Source of the DNA: Coriobacteriia bacterium
Lineage (GTDB): Bacteria > Actinomycetota > Coriobacteriia > Anaerosomatales > JAAXUF01
Reading direction: 5' to 3'
DNA: 64,000 bases
Assembly: GCA_038245725.1 (NCBI GenBank)
Contig: JBBRSD010000004.1
Coordinates: 107,599-171,598, forward strand
Part shown: positions 61,684 through 64,000 of the stretch, in pieces
How positions within the stretch are numbered: position 1 is the stretch's first letter
Layout of the letters: every line of letters starts with the position of its first letter
Notes under the pieces: generated by a model
Database searches by the model: none
What the model saw: the letters and a program-made list of their open reading frames with translations, nothing else
Told to the model about the DNA's origin: nothing
Program-made: the position numbers and the translations under genes

Positions 61684-64000
61684 ATGCGCTCGATCGTCTC
61701 GTGGGCGCTCAACTATCGCTTCCTCGTGATTGCAGCCGCAGTCGGGATCATGGTGTTTGGGGTCGTACGGCTACAAACCGCCCAAGTCGACGTATTCCCG
61801 GAGTTCGCTCCGCCCCAGGTCGAGGTCCAGACCGAGAGCCTCGGCCTCTCGACCTCGGATGTCGAGTCGCTTGTGACCGTCCCCATCGAACAGGGACTCA
61901 CCGGGATGCCCGGGCTCGACGCCATGCGCTCGACGTCGGTGCCGCAGCTCTCGTCCGTGGTGCTCATCTTCAGGCCTGGAACCGACGTATTGGCAGCCCA
62001 GCGGCTCGTTAACGAGCGCATGACCACAATTCGTGCGGCCTTGCCGACTTGGGCAAGCGCACCAGTGGTTCTGCCACCCGTCTCGGCGACCGGCCGCGTC
62101 CTGCACATCGGCATGTGGTCGGACAAGTACTCGATTCCGGAGCTTTCGGAGATCGCCTACTGGAAGATCAGGCCTCGGCTCGAGCAGGTCAACGGAGTAG
62201 CCGGCATCTCCCTTTGGAACGAGCGCCCGCCCACGATCCAGTTGCAGCTCGATCCGAAGAAGCTCGTTGCTCACAAGGTCACACTCGACAACGTCGAGAG
62301 AACGATGTCGGACGGGCTCGACGCGGGTGGCTTCACCTTCACGACTGGCTCGATTCACGCTGCTCTTGGCGTGGTGGACACGCCGAACCAACGCCTCCAG
62401 ATCCACCAGGTGCTTGGCGTCCAGACGGCGAAGGACCTCGCATCTATCCCGCTGAACGACCAGCCGGCGACAGGCAAACAGCTCAAGCTGTCCGATGTCG
62501 GCAACGCCGTAACCGGTGAGGCTCCCGTCATCGGGGACGCGGTCGTCAACAGCCGGCCGGGACTGCTGATCGTGGTGAACAAGCTGCCGTGGGGCAACAC
62601 ACTCAACGTCACTCGCGATGTCGAGGCTGTGCTCGCAGACATGCAGCAAGGCATGCCCGATGTCCACTTCGACGCAAAGATCTTCCGTCCCGCCACCTTC
62701 GTGGAGGACGCCGTCAACAACCTGTCCCAGGCGCTGCTGCTTGGATTCATCTTCGTCGTCATCATCATCGTGCTGTTCCTGTCTGAATGGCGCGTCGCGC
62801 TGATCGCGCTTCTTACGATCCCGCTCGCCCTGATGGCCGCCGTACTTGTGCTCATCAGCTTCGGCGCCACCATCAACACGATGATCCTTGCCGGCTTGTC
62901 GATCGCGCTCGGCGAGCTGGTGGATGACGCGATCATCGATGTCGAGAACATCTTGCGGCGCTTCCGGTTGGCGCGAGCCTCAGGCAGCACTGAGCCGACC
63001 GCTTCGATCATCCTGAGCGCCTCGCTCGAAGTCAGAAGTTCCATCGTGTACGCGACGATAATCAGCGTCGTCGCCGTGACCCCGATCTTCCTGCTCCAGG
63101 GGCTCACCGCCGCATTCTTCCGGCCGCTCGTGACCGCCTACGGGCTCTCAATCATCGCGTCGATGGCCGTCGCGCTCACCGTCACGCCCGCGTTGACGCT
63201 CCTATTGCTTCGCGGCGGCAAGATGATCGAGAGACACGAGTCCAAGTTGGTCTTTCGGCTGCGCGACGCCTACCAGGGCATGCTGGCGCGCATCGTTTCG
63301 CGTCCTGCGATCATCTTCGTCAGCTGCGCCGCAGTCGTCGTCATCGGCGCGATCCTCGTGCCTCAGCTTGGGCAGTCTCTCTTTCCGCAGTTCAGACAGC
63401 GTGACTTCCTGATCCACCTAGGCACGATTCCCTCGACATCGGACCAGGAGGTCGTTCGCAACACGACGAACGTCTCCAAGGCCCTTCTCAAGGTTCCCGG
63501 CGTTCTCAACTTCGGTGCGCACATCGGGCGGGCGCGGCAGGGGGAGGAGATCGTCGGCATCAACTTCTCCGAGGGCTGGATCAGCATCGACCCAAAGGCC
63601 GACTATGAGGCCACCATCGCCAAGATCCGAACCGTTGTAAACGACTACCCCGGGACCTTCCGAGACGTGCAGATCTACCTGAACGAGCGCATCGAAGAGG
63701 TGCTCGCAGGCTCAACGCACGCGATCACAATCCGCATCTACGGCCAAGACCTCCCGACGTTGAGGGCAAAGGCCCGCGAGGTTCTCGAGCAGGTGACCGA
63801 GGTCAAGGGAACACTGGAGCCGCAGGTCGACGTTTCCATCGACACCCCGCAGGTCCAAGTCGAGGTCGACGTGCCGAAGGCCGCCAAGTACGGGTTGAAG
63901 CCAGGGGACGTACGCCGTCAGGCCGCTGCGTGGATTGCTGGCCTCGACACAGGCAACGTCTTCCAGGGCAACCGGTTCTACCGGGTGATCGCGTGGAGCA
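61684..64000 (+). CDS. RND efflux permease 2, paralog of RND1 (3' end outside window)
   Basis: Own translation: MRSIVSWALNYRFLVIAAAVGIMVFGVVRLQTAQVDVFPEFAPPQVEVQTESLGLSTSDVESLVTVPIEQ. In frame at 62800: LIALLTIPLALMAAVLVLISFGATINTMILAGLSIALGELVDDAIIDVENILRRFR. Open to the window end, so it is absent from the ORF track. GTG 61660 (GTGA overlap) is an alternative start. Confidence 0.85.
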   Translation, partial: MRSIVSWALNYRFLVIAAAVGIMVFGVVRLQTAQVDVFPEFAPPQVEVQTESLGLSTSDVESLVTVPIEQGLTGMPGLDAMRSTSVPQLSSVVLIFRPGTDVLAAQRLVNERMTTIRAALPTWASAPVVLPPVSATGRVLHIGMWSDKYSIPELSEIAYWKIRPRLEQVNGVAGISLWNERPPTIQLQLDPKKLVAHKVTLDNVERTMSDGLDAGGFTFTTGSIHAALGVVDTPNQRLQIHQVLGVQTAKDLASIPLNDQPATGKQLKLSDVGNAVTGEAPVIGDAVVNSRPGLLIVVNKLPWGNTLNVTRDVEAVLADMQQGMPDVHFDAKIFRPATFVEDAVNNLSQALLLGFIFVVIIIVLFLSEWRVALIALLTIPLALMAAVLVLISFGATINTMILAGLSIALGELVDDAIIDVENILRRFRLARASGSTEPTASIILSASLEVRSSIVYATIISVVAVTPIFLLQGLTAAFFRPLVTAYGLSIIASMAVALTVTPALTLLLLRGGKMIERHESKLVFRLRDAYQGMLARIVSRPAIIFVSCAAVVVIGAILVPQLGQSLFPQFRQRDFLIHLGTIPSTSDQEVVRNTTNVSKALLKVPGVLNFGAHIGRARQGEEIVGINFSEGWISIDPKADYEATIAKIRTVVNDYPGTFRDVQIYLNERIEEVLAGSTHAITIRIYGQDLPTLRAKAREVLEQVTEVKGTLEPQVDVSIDTPQVQVEVDVPKAAKYGLKPGDVRRQAAAWIAGLDTGNVFQGNRFYRVIAWS

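Noticed and set aside
1-64000. CRISPR arrays, IS elements, integrases, prophage genes, toxin-antitoxin pairs, rRNA/tRNA genes and inteins (for example in recA).
   Set aside because: Reading both strands, I saw no regularly spaced direct repeats, no transposase or integrase-like translations and no cloverleaf-compatible sequences. RecA has a normal length of 358 aa. Absence is by eye only and is not a computed result.

Overview
High-GC (by eye) bacterial chromosomal window, densely coded: about 57 protein genes. I found no rRNA, tRNA, CRISPR array, transposase or integrase. All functional calls come from reading the supplied translations and recalling family motifs. No BLAST, HMM or RNA-model search was possible.

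Layout:
- 1-6.0 kb (+): ribH 3' end, an NlpC/P60 hydrolase, iorAB plus an ACT protein, then a 384-nt repeat-bearing leader and three coupled unknown genes.
- 6.3-42.8 kb (almost all minus strand): two nucleobase permeases, nudix, dut, nrdR, LysM protein <-> lexA, hflX, DapL-type aminotransferase, methyltransferase, dapF, miaA, LigB-AMMECR1 fusion, miaB, PHP phosphoesterase, spoVS, unknown GHKL ATPase, rny, recX, recA, thpR, cinA, pgsA, rimO, secreted PHP-like protein, yajQ, RodZ-like protein, ftsK, uppP, RNase J, dapA, lysC, dapB, M16 peptidase. This is the gene order I remember for the Mycobacterium/Streptomyces backbone, interleaved with Firmicute-style RNA-metabolism genes (RNase Y, SpoVS). 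That mix suggests a deep-branching Actinomycetota lineage (inference only).
- 42.9-64 kb (more accessory): transglutaminase-like secreted protein, parvulin, csp, a SulP-STAS transporter preceded by a 1236-aa CheB-CheR-PAS-GAF-PP2C protein, pckA, a xylFGH-like ABC cassette abutting an aldo/keto-reductase remnant, an orphan pilT, and two tandem RND permeases flanking a 166-aa lipoprotein that looks like a minimal membrane-fusion adaptor.

Best candidates for undescribed biology:
1. The RND / mini-adaptor / RND module.
2. The PP2C megasensor plus SulP-STAS pair.
3. The GHKL ATPase sitting in the YmdB slot of an rny-X-spoVS cluster, together with a 101-nt composite inverted repeat 3' of rny.
4. 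The repeat-bearing leader and unknown three-gene operon at 4.4-6.0 kb.
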